NCBI GenBank assembly: GCA_041747375.1
Contig: JBGTFH010000003.1
Location: forward strand, 8,324 to 72,323
Length of the DNA: 64,000 bases
From: Acidimicrobiia bacterium
GTDB lineage: Bacteria; Actinomycetota; Acidimicrobiia; Spongiisociales; ZC4RG35
Direction of reading: 5' to 3'
The notes beneath the pieces are model-generated. The model was not told the origin of the DNA. It saw only the letters and a program-made list of their open reading frames with translations, and made no database searches. The position numbers and the translations under genes were made by a program. This document shows, in pieces, positions 30,578 to 39,949 of this stretch. Numbering within the stretch: position 1 is the first letter of the stretch; each line of letters begins with the position of its first letter.

Positions 30578-31023
30578 GGGGTTACCTCGACCTCAAACAC
30601 GAGAGTGTGTGTGTCTTCGAGTTCAGCTTCGAAAATGCCCGGAATCCCGGCCAAAAACTCCACATCGGTGGTCTCGCCCGCGACCAGGTCTATGAAAATG
30701 TTGTAACCGTGTACGTGGAGTTCGCCAGGGACCGAAGATTGGATTCGAATCGACACCTCGTCGCCGAGGGCGAAGGAAAAGAGATCATGCCCTTCGATCG
30801 AAATGGCCGGGTCGTCGGCTGTTCCGCCGGAAATCACGATGTCGGGTTCCTGGGCGGTGGAAGTTGTCGTATCCGGGGCCCTGGTCGTCGTGGTCGGCTG
30901 TGTGGTTGTCGTCGACGTGACAGGACTGCCAGCCGTTGTCGCCACCGTGGTGGGCTCCGACACTTCAATTCCACAGGAGACGAGAACCAGGGCGAGCACA
31001 CTCAGAATGACGGGGATTTTCAC
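30574..31023 (-). CDS. lipoprotein with Thr-rich linker and about 90-aa beta-sandwich (cupredoxin/YtkA-like?) domain
   Basis: GTG start gives VKIPVILSVLALVLVSCG (lipobox). A T/P-rich linker leads to a His-containing domain (EGHDL, HVHGY, EDTHTL). Its stop overlaps the next gene's start (ATGA). Confidence 0.45.
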   Translation of the reverse strand: MKIPVILSVLALVLVSCGIEVSEPTTVATTAGSPVTSTTTTQPTTTTRAPDTTTSTAQEPDIVISGGTADDPAISIEGHDLFSFALGDEVSIRIQSSVPGELHVHGYNIFIDLVAGETTDVEFLAGIPGIFEAELEDTHTLVFEVEVTP

Positions 31024-31089
31024 CGCGCAACGATATCCGCCCCGCCGGCGATAACGGAAAGTGCTGGTAGTGCTGGGTAGTCTCGGCGA

Positions 31090-33597
31090 ATGCGTTGGCT
31101 GAAACGTCTTTTGATTCTTCTGCTCGTTTTGGTCGTCGGTCTCGGAGTATTTGGCTTCCTCACAGTTCGTGCTTCGTTCCCCCAGCTCAATGGGGAAGTC
31201 GAAGTCACCGGACTGGGTACCGAAGTGCAGGTGATTAGAGATGAATATGGGATTCCCCACATCTATGCCAGTACTGTCTCCGACCTGTTCAGGGCCCAGG
31301 GTTATGTCGAAGCCCAGGATCGCTTCTTCCAAATGGACTTCTGGCGTCACATCGGGTCGGCGCGGCTGTCGGAGATGTTTGGTGATTCCCAGGTTGAAAC
31401 TGACAAGTTCCTTCGCGCTTTCGACTTCGCCGGCACCGCCGAAGTCGAACTCGAGATGATGTCAGAGCAGGCTCGCAACATCCTGGAGTGGTACTCCGCC
31501 GGGATCAACGCCTATCTCGTGGACCACCAGGGGGCGAGCCTCAGCCTCGAGTACGCAATCCTGCCCCTATCAGCTCCGGGATACGAGCCCGAGCCGTGGA
31601 GCCCGATCGATACGCTCACCTGGGCGAAGGTGATGTCATGGGACCTGAGCGGCAATTTCTCAGACGAGGTATCCCGGACCGTCCTGGCCGAAACGCTCAC
31701 GGTCGAGCAAGTCGAGCAGCTCTTTCCTCCCTATCCCGACAATCACCCGGTCATCGTTCCCGACGAACTCCGAGCCGGTTTGTGGTCGCCGCCGGTCGTC
31801 GAAGTTCCGGACGCCGCGATGATCGCCCTGCATTCGGCCGACACCGGGCGCCGGGCCGTGAATTCGCTAACCGGCGGTGGCTTCGAAGGAATCGGATCCA
31901 ACAACTGGGTGATTTCCGGAGCTCGTACCGCGAGCGGAATGCCGATTCTTGCCAACGACCCCCACCTGCCAAATCAAATGCCATCCATCTGGTACGAGAT
32001 CGGGCTTCACTGCACCCCGATCGGCCCCGATTGCCCCTTTGACGTTGTCGGCTTTACCTTTGCGGGAACTCCCGGAGTCGTGATCGGGCACAACTCCACG
32101 ATCGCCTGGGGCGTCACCACAGAGGCCGCCGACACACAGGACCTTTTCATCGAGAAGCTCAACCCGCAAGACCCCGGCCAGTACGAGGTCGACGGTGCGT
32201 GGGTTGACATGCAGGTGCGATCGGAGACGATCGAAATCGCAGGAGGAGACCCGGAGACCTACGACATCTATACCACCCGACACGGGCCGATAATCTCCGG
32301 TTTGCACGGCGGCGCAGATGAAATTACCGAACCGGCCACCGAATATTCGGAGGGGTACGGTGTCGCCCTGGCCTGGACATCGCTCGGGCCCTCGACCCTG
32401 GTGGAGTCGATCATCGCGATCAACCTCGCCTCAAACTGGGAGGAATTCCGCACCGCTGCGTCGATGTGGGACGTCGCCGCCCAAAACCTGGTCTATGCCG
32501 ATAGCAGCGGGAACATCGGATATCAGTCGACAGGGGAGATACCGGTGCGTCCCAACTCGGACGGACTCCGGCCGGTGCCGGGATGGGAAACTGCCAATGA
32601 TTGGGTTGGCACAGTGCCTTTTGACCAGATGCCTTTCATCTTCAATCCCGAACGGGGCTACATAGCCACAGCCAACCAGCCGGTCCTGGCTGCGGGCAGT
32701 TTGCCCTTCATCGGGCGAGACGGCGCCTACGGCTACCGGGCGGTACGCATCGAGGAGCTAATCAATGAATCCCAGGGCCACGATGTCGCATCGGTGCAAC
32801 GAATGCAGATGGACAACCGCGATGGGGGAGCCGCCAATATCGTCCCCTCATTGATTACGGCACCCACCGAAAAGCCCGAGGTCCTGGAGATCCAGGACAT
32901 GCTCGAAGCATGGTCTCCCGGTAAGAGTGGTCTCCAGGTGGGAACAGACTCCCCGGGAGCGGCGGCGTATCAGGCGACCTGGCGTCACCTGCTCGATCTG
33001 ATATTCAGCGACGACCTACCTGAGAACGAGCACCCCGTCGGTGGGAGTCGATGGTTCCAGGTCGTCTCGAACCTGGTCAACACACCTGAGGACCCGTTTT
33101 GGGACAACCGGGACACCCCCGAAGTCGAGTCGGCCAACGAAATCATGGAGGCGGCGATGGCATCAGCCCACTTCGAGATGACCGGGCTGCTTGGTTCCAA
33201 TAGTGAGAAATGGCGTTGGGGCGACCTGCACCTCGCCTCGTTTGAGAATCAGACTCTGGGCCAATCGGGGATCGCCCCGGTGGAATGGCTGTTCAACCGG
33301 TCGGCCCCGAATCGGGTGGCGGGCAGCGATTCGATCATCAACTCTGTGGGATGGAACGCAACGATCGGGTATGAAGTCGACTGGGTCCCCTCGATGCGGA
33401 TGGTGATCGACCTTGGCGACCTGGCCGGCTCGACATCGATCCATACCACCGGTCAGTCGGGCCATGCCTTCCACGGAAACTACGCGGACATGATCGACAT
33501 GTGGACCGATGGCGAGCAACACCCGATGTTGTGGGAGAGCGACCAGGTCACCGAAGCGGCAGCCAACATCTTGATCCTCAAGCCACTATCTGGCTAG
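31090..33597 (+). CDS. penicillin acylase family Ntn-hydrolase (S45 peptidase; possible AHL/beta-lactam acylase)
   Basis: 835 aa with a signal/TM N-terminus and the nucleophile motif GSNNWVISG. Confidence 0.8.
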   Translation: MRWLKRLLILLLVLVVGLGVFGFLTVRASFPQLNGEVEVTGLGTEVQVIRDEYGIPHIYASTVSDLFRAQGYVEAQDRFFQMDFWRHIGSARLSEMFGDSQVETDKFLRAFDFAGTAEVELEMMSEQARNILEWYSAGINAYLVDHQGASLSLEYAILPLSAPGYEPEPWSPIDTLTWAKVMSWDLSGNFSDEVSRTVLAETLTVEQVEQLFPPYPDNHPVIVPDELRAGLWSPPVVEVPDAAMIALHSADTGRRAVNSLTGGGFEGIGSNNWVISGARTASGMPILANDPHLPNQMPSIWYEIGLHCTPIGPDCPFDVVGFTFAGTPGVVIGHNSTIAWGVTTEAADTQDLFIEKLNPQDPGQYEVDGAWVDMQVRSETIEIAGGDPETYDIYTTRHGPIISGLHGGADEITEPATEYSEGYGVALAWTSLGPSTLVESIIAINLASNWEEFRTAASMWDVAAQNLVYADSSGNIGYQSTGEIPVRPNSDGLRPVPGWETANDWVGTVPFDQMPFIFNPERGYIATANQPVLAAGSLPFIGRDGAYGYRAVRIEELINESQGHDVASVQRMQMDNRDGGAANIVPSLITAPTEKPEVLEIQDMLEAWSPGKSGLQVGTDSPGAAAYQATWRHLLDLIFSDDLPENEHPVGGSRWFQVVSNLVNTPEDPFWDNRDTPEVESANEIMEAAMASAHFEMTGLLGSNSEKWRWGDLHLASFENQTLGQSGIAPVEWLFNRSAPNRVAGSDSIINSVGWNATIGYEVDWVPSMRMVIDLGDLAGSTSIHTTGQSGHAFHGNYADMIDMWTDGEQHPMLWESDQVTEAAANILILKPLSG

Positions 33598-34488
33598 AAA
33601 ATCGTCGATCTCCCCCGCCAATCGGACCGGATGGGTCCAGGGGACCTCGTGTCGGGCACCGGCGACCTCGACGACGGTGACATTTCGCAACGAAGATGCG
33701 AGCTCGTATTGCCACGAGACCGGCACCAGCTGATCCTCGGTTGGAATCACAACCAAAGTGTCGGTGTCCAAACGACCGAGCCACTCACGTGAGTCGAAAC
33801 GGAGCATGGCCAACGAGGCCTGAGCGCCGGCGTCTACGTCGCGACGATGAGTTTCCTCCCAGAACCAGCGGCCATGTTCGGGGGCGACGGCCCCGGTCGC
33901 GAGCAGATAGCCCGCCCGCACGTCCGGTGTTCCGAATCCGAATATGCGCTCGAACCCGCGCACCAGGACACTTCCGAGCGCACGCAAAGTGCGGAGGGGT
34001 TGCGGGTGATAAGTGAAGGTGGCGACGAGCACCATTTTCTTGACCCGGCCGGGATAGTGATGGGCCAGTTCCTGGGCAACGGCGCCGCCCAGTGAATACC
34101 CGACCACGTCGCACGTATCCACGCCGAGCTGGTCGAGCACACCGGCGATGTCGTCGGCTTGGTCGCTGATTTCGTATGGCCCCCGGGACAGCACTGAGAG
34201 TCCATGTCCACGGTGGTCGAGCAAGATCACACGTCGATGTGCCGCCAGAAGCGGGGCAACCTCGTACCACTCCGCCAGCGAGGAACCGCCTAGACCGTGA
34301 ATAACCAGCAACGGATCACCGGTCTCGGGGCCGGCCTCCCTGACCAGGAATTCGCTGTCACCGACGAATACGGTCCTACCCGGCTGTCTCCAGGGATGAA
34401 CCTGGGGTTGCTTGAACTTCGGGATCAAGACAGGGAGGAGGGCCCGGACCGCCAAGGCCGCCACGAGCAACTTCGTCAGGAATCTCAC
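33586..34488 (-). CDS. alpha/beta hydrolase
   Basis: 300 aa with the GYSLGG nucleophile elbow and an HGLGGS oxyanion region. Confidence 0.75.
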   Translation of the reverse strand: MRFLTKLLVAALAVRALLPVLIPKFKQPQVHPWRQPGRTVFVGDSEFLVREAGPETGDPLLVIHGLGGSSLAEWYEVAPLLAAHRRVILLDHRGHGLSVLSRGPYEISDQADDIAGVLDQLGVDTCDVVGYSLGGAVAQELAHHYPGRVKKMVLVATFTYHPQPLRTLRALGSVLVRGFERIFGFGTPDVRAGYLLATGAVAPEHGRWFWEETHRRDVDAGAQASLAMLRFDSREWLGRLDTDTLVVIPTEDQLVPVSWQYELASSLRNVTVVEVAGARHEVPWTHPVRLAGEIDDFLAR

Positions 34489-34919
34489 GACTCGAGACTC
34501 CCGGTTGCAAATACATACTCCTCGACCGGATTCCCGTCGATCAGATGCTCCTGGATGATCCGGTCCAGCTTCTCGATGGTCAGATGCGCGTACCAGGTGC
34601 CCTCGGGATAGACCACGGCGATCGGCCCCTGTTCACAGATCCTCAAGCAATCGACCTTGTTTCGCAACACCGACCCGTCGCCCGCCGGGACCGGTGTGGC
34701 CTCGACACCTGGCTTGCCATACCAGATGGGCGGAGCGGAGGTGAGGTCGAGTTCCTTCAGACGCCTCTTGAGATGGGACCAGAGTTCGCTCGTTTCTTCG
34801 CGCGGGGCACATTTCGGAGTGGTCTGGTCAGCACAAAGGAATATGTGTCTCCCAACGCGTGGTATCGACAGAGCATCAGCAATCGATTCGAGACGTTGTC
34901 GTGGATCCATCGGAGTCAT
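34485..34919 (-). CDS. thioredoxin-like [2Fe-2S] ferredoxin domain protein
   Basis: 144 aa; Cys pattern IFLCADQTTPKC...VDCLRICEQGPIAVVYPEGTWY. Its stop overlaps the hydrolase start. Confidence 0.6.
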   Translation of the reverse strand: MTPMDPRQRLESIADALSIPRVGRHIFLCADQTTPKCAPREETSELWSHLKRRLKELDLTSAPPIWYGKPGVEATPVPAGDGSVLRNKVDCLRICEQGPIAVVYPEGTWYAHLTIEKLDRIIQEHLIDGNPVEEYVFATGSLES

Positions 34920-34960
34920 TTTGGCAAATGCGGGGCCGCTACCGTCAACCCGGGACCCGA

Positions 34961-35980
34961 TTACGAAACTACCTCGATGCCGCCGCCTTCATTGAACCCA
35001 CCGATCGTCACGGCGCCGGGAACCGCCGCCCGATAGTCCTCGACGTCCGATGGGTCGAGGGCGACGAGGAGTCCTCCCGAGGTCTGGGCGTCGACGAGGA
35101 TACGGATGTCGACATCTCTCGAGTCCACGAAGTCGCCGACCGATTCCAGGTTCCGCTTCGAACCACCCGCCCAGGCGCCCTGCTCGAGCAGTTCGCCAAC
35201 CCCTTCGAGAACCGGCACCTCGCCGAAGCGGACGGTCGCTCCGACCCCGGATGCCTCACATACCTCACGGAGATGCCCGAGGAGGCCGAAACCGGTGACG
35301 TCAGTTGCGGCATGGGCGTTGCCGGGAATCAGAGCAGCGCCGGAAACGGAGTTCAGGGCCGCCATCTGTTCGATTGCCGTCGCCGCCAGGTCGGGTGGAC
35401 AGAAGCCCCGCTTGATCGCGGTGGTGACGATCCCGATGCCCAGTGGCTTGGTCAATAACAGGAGGTCGCCGGGACGGGCTCCGGAGATGGCGACCGCCTT
35501 ACCCGCGTCAACCAGTCCGGTGACCGCATAGCCGAACATCGGCTCAGGAGCATCGACGGAGTGGCCCCCGACCACCGTACAACCTGCCTGTGCCATCACA
35601 TCGAGACCACCACGGAGCACGTCGCCGGCGACCTGAAAGGGCAATTCGTCACGGGGCCAGGCGAGAAACGTAAGTGCTGTCAACGGATTTCCACCCATGG
35701 CGTAGACGTCGCTGAGGGCGTTGGCGGCGGCGATCCGACCGAAGTCATAGGGTTCATCGACTACGGGCGTGAAGATGTCGACCGTCTGCACCAGGGCGCG
35801 ACCATCCCCCAGCGCATAGACGCCGGAATCGTCGGCGACCGACAACCCGATCAACAGATCAGGATGTTCGGTTGCGGGATGGCCATGGACTGGACGCAAG
35901 ACCTGCGCCAACTCGGCAACGCCGAGTTTGCAGGCTCAGCCAGCGCCGTGGCTGTACCGGGTTAGACGGGTAGCGGACAT
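34961..35980 (-). CDS. selD: selenide, water dikinase (selenophosphate synthetase) containing in-frame UGA (selenocysteine) at codon 15
   Basis: ORF-track fragment 34961..35911 is truncated by TGA at 35936-35938 (minus). Reading through from ATG 35980-35978 gives MSATRLTRYSHGAG-U-ACKLGVAELAQVLRPV..., matching the E. coli SelD N-terminus (LTQYSHGAGCGCKI). The full length of 339 aa fits SelD. Confidence 0.8.
35910..35928 (-). promoter_or_regulatory. candidate SECIS-like hairpin (AACUCGGC-GUU-GCCGAGUU) starting 8 nt 3' of the selD UGA
   Basis: Perfect 8-bp stem with a GUU loop at a bacterial-SECIS-like distance from the UGA, seen directly in the sequence. Confidence 0.45.
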
Positions 35981-36030
35981 GACGTGAAACTTAACTAAGA
36001 ACGATCGGTTGGTTACCCTTTCCACTTCCC

Positions 36031-36507
36031 ATGACCGAAGAAACCACCTTCCTCACCCCTGCCGCGTTCAAAAAAATGCGGAAGGAATTGGAGCTGCTCA
36101 AGACAGACGGTCGTCACGAGATCGAGGACCGGATCGCCGAAGCACGCTCACACGGCGACCTCCGCGAGAACGCCGATTACGACGCAGCCAAAAACGAGCA
36201 GGGACTCATGGAAGCGCGAATCCGAAAGATCGAGCACTTGCTCCGAACCGCTGAGGTGCGCGAAGTCGAAGACTCAGGCCTCGTCGAAATCGGGTCGGTG
36301 GTGACTGTCGTCGACGATGACGGTGAAGAGATGGAGTTCTTTGTCGCACCTCAAGAAAACAAAATACCGGGGGTTCTTCTCGCCTCACCGGATAGCCCGC
36401 TCGGGGGTGCGATGATCGGGGCGGCAATAGGCGACACCGTCGAATACGACGCCCCGGCAGGAAAACTCACCGTCACCATCAAGTCAGTGCGACCATACGA
36501 GGCCTAA
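36031..36507 (+). CDS. greA: transcription elongation factor GreA
   Basis: 158 aa with an N-terminal coiled coil bearing acidic tip residues, plus an FKBP-like C-terminal domain. Confidence 0.85.
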   Translation: MTEETTFLTPAAFKKMRKELELLKTDGRHEIEDRIAEARSHGDLRENADYDAAKNEQGLMEARIRKIEHLLRTAEVREVEDSGLVEIGSVVTVVDDDGEEMEFFVAPQENKIPGVLLASPDSPLGGAMIGAAIGDTVEYDAPAGKLTVTIKSVRPYEA

Positions 36508-36546
36508 CCCCCGTTAGCCTGTCGGTCGTCGACCGGAGGCAGTCAA

Positions 36547-37950
36547 TTGAGGTTCCGACTCAGAAAACCGCGTGATCTCGCCCATGCGCTGGTGGCCGCC
36601 GCCCGAAGGGACCGCGATGAGGTCGCCGACTATCTGGAGCTCCGATCCGAAGAATGGGAGGCGCTGGTCGACGCCTCGCCGGAAGATGCGGCCGACGTCC
36701 TCGAAGAGCTACGCGAGATAGACGCAGCCGGGCTCATTTCCACCCTCGAGCCTCGCGAGGCGGCTCAGGTGCTCGAGGAGATCTCCCCCGAGTTGGCCGC
36801 GGAGATGGTCGAGCATGTCTCGTTGGAGAACCTCACAGCTGCAATCAGTGAAATGCCGGACGATGCCGCAACCGACCTTCTCGCCGAACTGGACGAAGAC
36901 GTGCTCGGAGATGTCCTCAACCTCGTCGACGACGACACAGAAGCCACCTATCGGCGGCTTCTCCTCTACCCGTCCGACTCAGCTGGTGGATTGATGACAA
37001 CTGACATTGCATCACTGCCACTCGGATTGACCACCGGCGAGGCCATCGAACGGATCAGACAGCTCAACGAGCAGTTCGAGAGCCTGTCCTACATATACGT
37101 CGTCGACGAGAATTCACGACTACATGGTGTCGTCCCCTTCCGCCACCTCGTGTTCAAACGCCCGGGAGCAACTCTGGCCGATGTGATGATCCCAAACCCG
37201 ATCGCGGTCGATCCTCTCACCGACCGGGAGGAAATCGCGGAGATCTGTCAGCGTTACCACCTCCTTGGTGTGCCGGTCGTCGACGGTTCTGGTGTCCTGC
37301 TCGGGATGGTGGCCAACGACGCCGTGCTGGAGGCTATTCAGGACGAGGCCACCGAGGACTTCGCTGCTGCCTTCGGTGCCGGAGTCGAAGAGACGGTGTA
37401 TTCAGATGTGGCGTCATCGTTCCGGGCCCGGGCACCGTGGCTGTTGCTCAATCTCGCTCTGGCATTGGCACTGGCGTTTGTCATCGAGCAACTCACCGGG
37501 GTGATCAGCCGTGAACCGGTACTCGCAGCGCTGATGCCGCTTATCGCCCTGCTCGGAGGAAACGCCGGAAACCAGAGTCTTGCCGTGATGATTCGCTCAA
37601 TGGCCTCGGACGAGGTTCCGGGCTCGCAGGTACCCGGAATCCTCGCCCGGCAGACCAGTGTCGGGGCCCTCAACGGCCTGGTCATTGCCGTGCTAGGTGG
37701 CTTGGTGAGCTACCTGCTGCTCGTCTCCGGCATTTTTGGTGCGGAGTCACAACCCGCCCAGGTGGCGGTGACTGTCGCTCTTGCCGCAATGATCAACCTC
37801 ACCATCGGGACGCTAGCCGGGGCTGGGATCCCTGTGCTGTTGAGACGCTTCGGTCAGGATCCGGCCCTGGCAGCATCGATCTTCCTCACGCTGGTAACCG
37901 ACATGGTCGGATTCGGCGGCTTCCTGATGATCGCTTCTTTGCTGCTCTGA
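36547..37950 (+). CDS. mgtE: magnesium transporter MgtE
   Basis: 467 aa with N-terminal, CBS-pair and five-TM MgtE domains. Confidence 0.8.
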   Translation: MRFRLRKPRDLAHALVAAARRDRDEVADYLELRSEEWEALVDASPEDAADVLEELREIDAAGLISTLEPREAAQVLEEISPELAAEMVEHVSLENLTAAISEMPDDAATDLLAELDEDVLGDVLNLVDDDTEATYRRLLLYPSDSAGGLMTTDIASLPLGLTTGEAIERIRQLNEQFESLSYIYVVDENSRLHGVVPFRHLVFKRPGATLADVMIPNPIAVDPLTDREEIAEICQRYHLLGVPVVDGSGVLLGMVANDAVLEAIQDEATEDFAAAFGAGVEETVYSDVASSFRARAPWLLLNLALALALAFVIEQLTGVISREPVLAALMPLIALLGGNAGNQSLAVMIRSMASDEVPGSQVPGILARQTSVGALNGLVIAVLGGLVSYLLLVSGIFGAESQPAQVAVTVALAAMINLTIGTLAGAGIPVLLRRFGQDPALAASIFLTLVTDMVGFGGFLMIASLLL

Positions 37951-37962
37951 CCGACGTGCGGT

Positions 37963-38481
37963 TCAGCTTCCGATGACGATTTCGCCCATTTCTTCATAGG
38001 GACCGCGGAAGATGATCCGATTTCGCTCGACGAGCGTCACCAGGTGGTGCTCGCTGATCAAGACCAGGTCGGCTGCTGTCTGGTCGGCCTCGTCGAGGCG
38101 AAAGGCATCCAGGGCCGCGGCGTCGTCGAACACTTCCATGCTCGAAATGTCTTCGTCGTTCTCGACGAGATTCCCGACAAAGTTCTCGAGGTCGACATCG
38201 GTGTAGTCGCCGGGGGGAATGACGACATAGAGAATCTCACCATCGTCCGTGCTTTCTCTGAGGACGACCTCATGGCTGGAGACCGCCTGTCCGGCGAGGG
38301 TTGTGGTCGTGCCCTCGGTGCCGTTTCCGTCGTCTGTCGACTCCACGTCCGGCGACGTGGTCTGGGTTACAATGGAAGAGGTCGTCGTTAGTTCGACGTC
38401 CGTCCCGGAGTCACAAGCGGACAGGGTGAGCCCGATGAGGCCGGCAAGAGCTATGAATCTGAGCATCCGGTTACGTTTCAT
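37963..38481 (-). CDS. lipoprotein, hypothetical
   Basis: 172 aa with lipobox LTLSAC and a Thr/Ser-rich linker. Confidence 0.45.
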   Translation of the reverse strand: MKRNRMLRFIALAGLIGLTLSACDSGTDVELTTTSSIVTQTTSPDVESTDDGNGTEGTTTTLAGQAVSSHEVVLRESTDDGEILYVVIPPGDYTDVDLENFVGNLVENDEDISSMEVFDDAAALDAFRLDEADQTAADLVLISEHHLVTLVERNRIIFRGPYEEMGEIVIGS

Positions 38482-38548
38482 ACAGTCTCAACGTACTACA
38501 TACGCGATCTAGTTCCTCGTCGCCTCCAAACGTGTAGCCTATATCACG

Positions 38549-39949
38549 ATGGTGGGAAAGATCGGCGGAGCCTTGTTGGCAGCTGCCCTCATGGGTAGCT
38601 TGTTTGTTGTGTCGCCCCAACCGCCGGCAGCGGCCCAGGCGGCGGAGGCGGCGTCGACGAGTGGATGCGGCCCGGTAACCCTCGATCAGCTCTTCCCGGG
38701 AATCGACCGCGATGGCAACCCGATCGCCACGACCACGACCACAACCACGCCGACCCCGGCCTCTACCACGACCACGATTCCTTCTTCGACGTCGACCAAC
38801 CCGGGACAGACCACAACCACCGCTTCCCAGACCACGACCACCTCTCCCCAGACCACGACGACTCCGCCCGAGACGACAACCACAACCGGAAAGCCACCGG
38901 CACCCTGCCGGACATGGGTCTACGAAATGGTATTTCCCATCGCCACCGACGCCCGGGTGATCTCAGACTTCGGCGACGACCGTGACGGCGGATCCCGGAG
39001 GCACAAGGGAACTGACCTCGTCGCCGACAGGATGGCCCCCGTGGTCGCTGTCTCCGACGGTGTCGTCTCATCGGTGCACAACACGCCGGCGGAGGATTGC
39101 TGCTATTTGACCATCCGACACGATGACGGTTGGTCCAGCCTGTACGTGCACCTGAATAACGACGATTACCCGGGCGACAATGGGCTGGGCATTGGCGTGG
39201 CGCCCGGCCTCGACGTCGGGACGAGAGTTCTGGCGGGCCAGGTGATCGGATGGGTTGGCGACTCCGGCAATGCCGAAGGCACTATTCCACACCTTCATTT
39301 CGAGCTGAGGGCTCCCCAGGGCTATTCGGTAGACCCCGTCCCCAGTATTCGGGCTGCCAAATCAGATGCGGAGCTCTCGACGCAGAGAGGTGTCTACCGG
39401 GATGACGACGGGATGGGCGTGGAAGTGACAGCCACCCGCCTCGCCGCAGTCGGCGGATACTGGCCTTGCGCCGACGACCAACTCTCTCTGTGCCCTAACC
39501 GGCTTGCCCAACCTGCGGAAACCGCAGAGCTCATCGGCAGGCTAATGGGCTTGTCTCCTGTGCACGCCGACACTGTCCAACAGACCCTCGCCTTCCAAGA
39601 ACGCATCCCACAGGGCACGCTGGAGCAGGTCACCGGTTGCGAGCTTGTCCGCGACTGCGTCCAGAACGGGATCACAGCGGCCGATGTAGCGAGAATGATC
39701 AGTTGGGTCTACGACGCCCAACGTGTTCTTGCCAACGATCCCGAGACCGACCTGGTTTCCGAACTGGCGCTTCCCTCGGCGGCTGCAGCCGAGTCAGGCC
39801 TCAGATTCCGCGGCGTCATAGAAATCTGTCATCCCCAACTGGACGCCGATCGTTTGGTAACCCGAGCCGACGTCGTCAATCTGGTCACGTGGTGGATCCA
39901 GCACGAGAATCCGGTGGTTTGTAACCAGAGTGGCGGCCCCGAGAGCTAG
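38549..39949 (+). CDS. secreted M23-family metallopeptidase with Thr-rich linker
   Basis: Signal peptide, a poly-Thr linker, and LytM motifs HKGTD...HLHFE. Confidence 0.75.
   Translation: MVGKIGGALLAAALMGSLFVVSPQPPAAAQAAEAASTSGCGPVTLDQLFPGIDRDGNPIATTTTTTTPTPASTTTTIPSSTSTNPGQTTTTASQTTTTSPQTTTTPPETTTTTGKPPAPCRTWVYEMVFPIATDARVISDFGDDRDGGSRRHKGTDLVADRMAPVVAVSDGVVSSVHNTPAEDCCYLTIRHDDGWSSLYVHLNNDDYPGDNGLGIGVAPGLDVGTRVLAGQVIGWVGDSGNAEGTIPHLHFELRAPQGYSVDPVPSIRAAKSDAELSTQRGVYRDDDGMGVEVTATRLAAVGGYWPCADDQLSLCPNRLAQPAETAELIGRLMGLSPVHADTVQQTLAFQERIPQGTLEQVTGCELVRDCVQNGITAADVARMISWVYDAQRVLANDPETDLVSELALPSAAAAESGLRFRGVIEICHPQLDADRLVTRADVVNLVTWWIQHENPVVCNQSGGPES

Noticed and set aside
38686-38960. Short-period nucleotide repeats (accacgacc...) that could look like a CRISPR or VNTR
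   Set aside because: They encode the poly-Thr/Pro linker of the secreted M23 peptidase and are in frame inside a gene with signal peptide and catalytic motifs. There is no spacer/repeat regularity.
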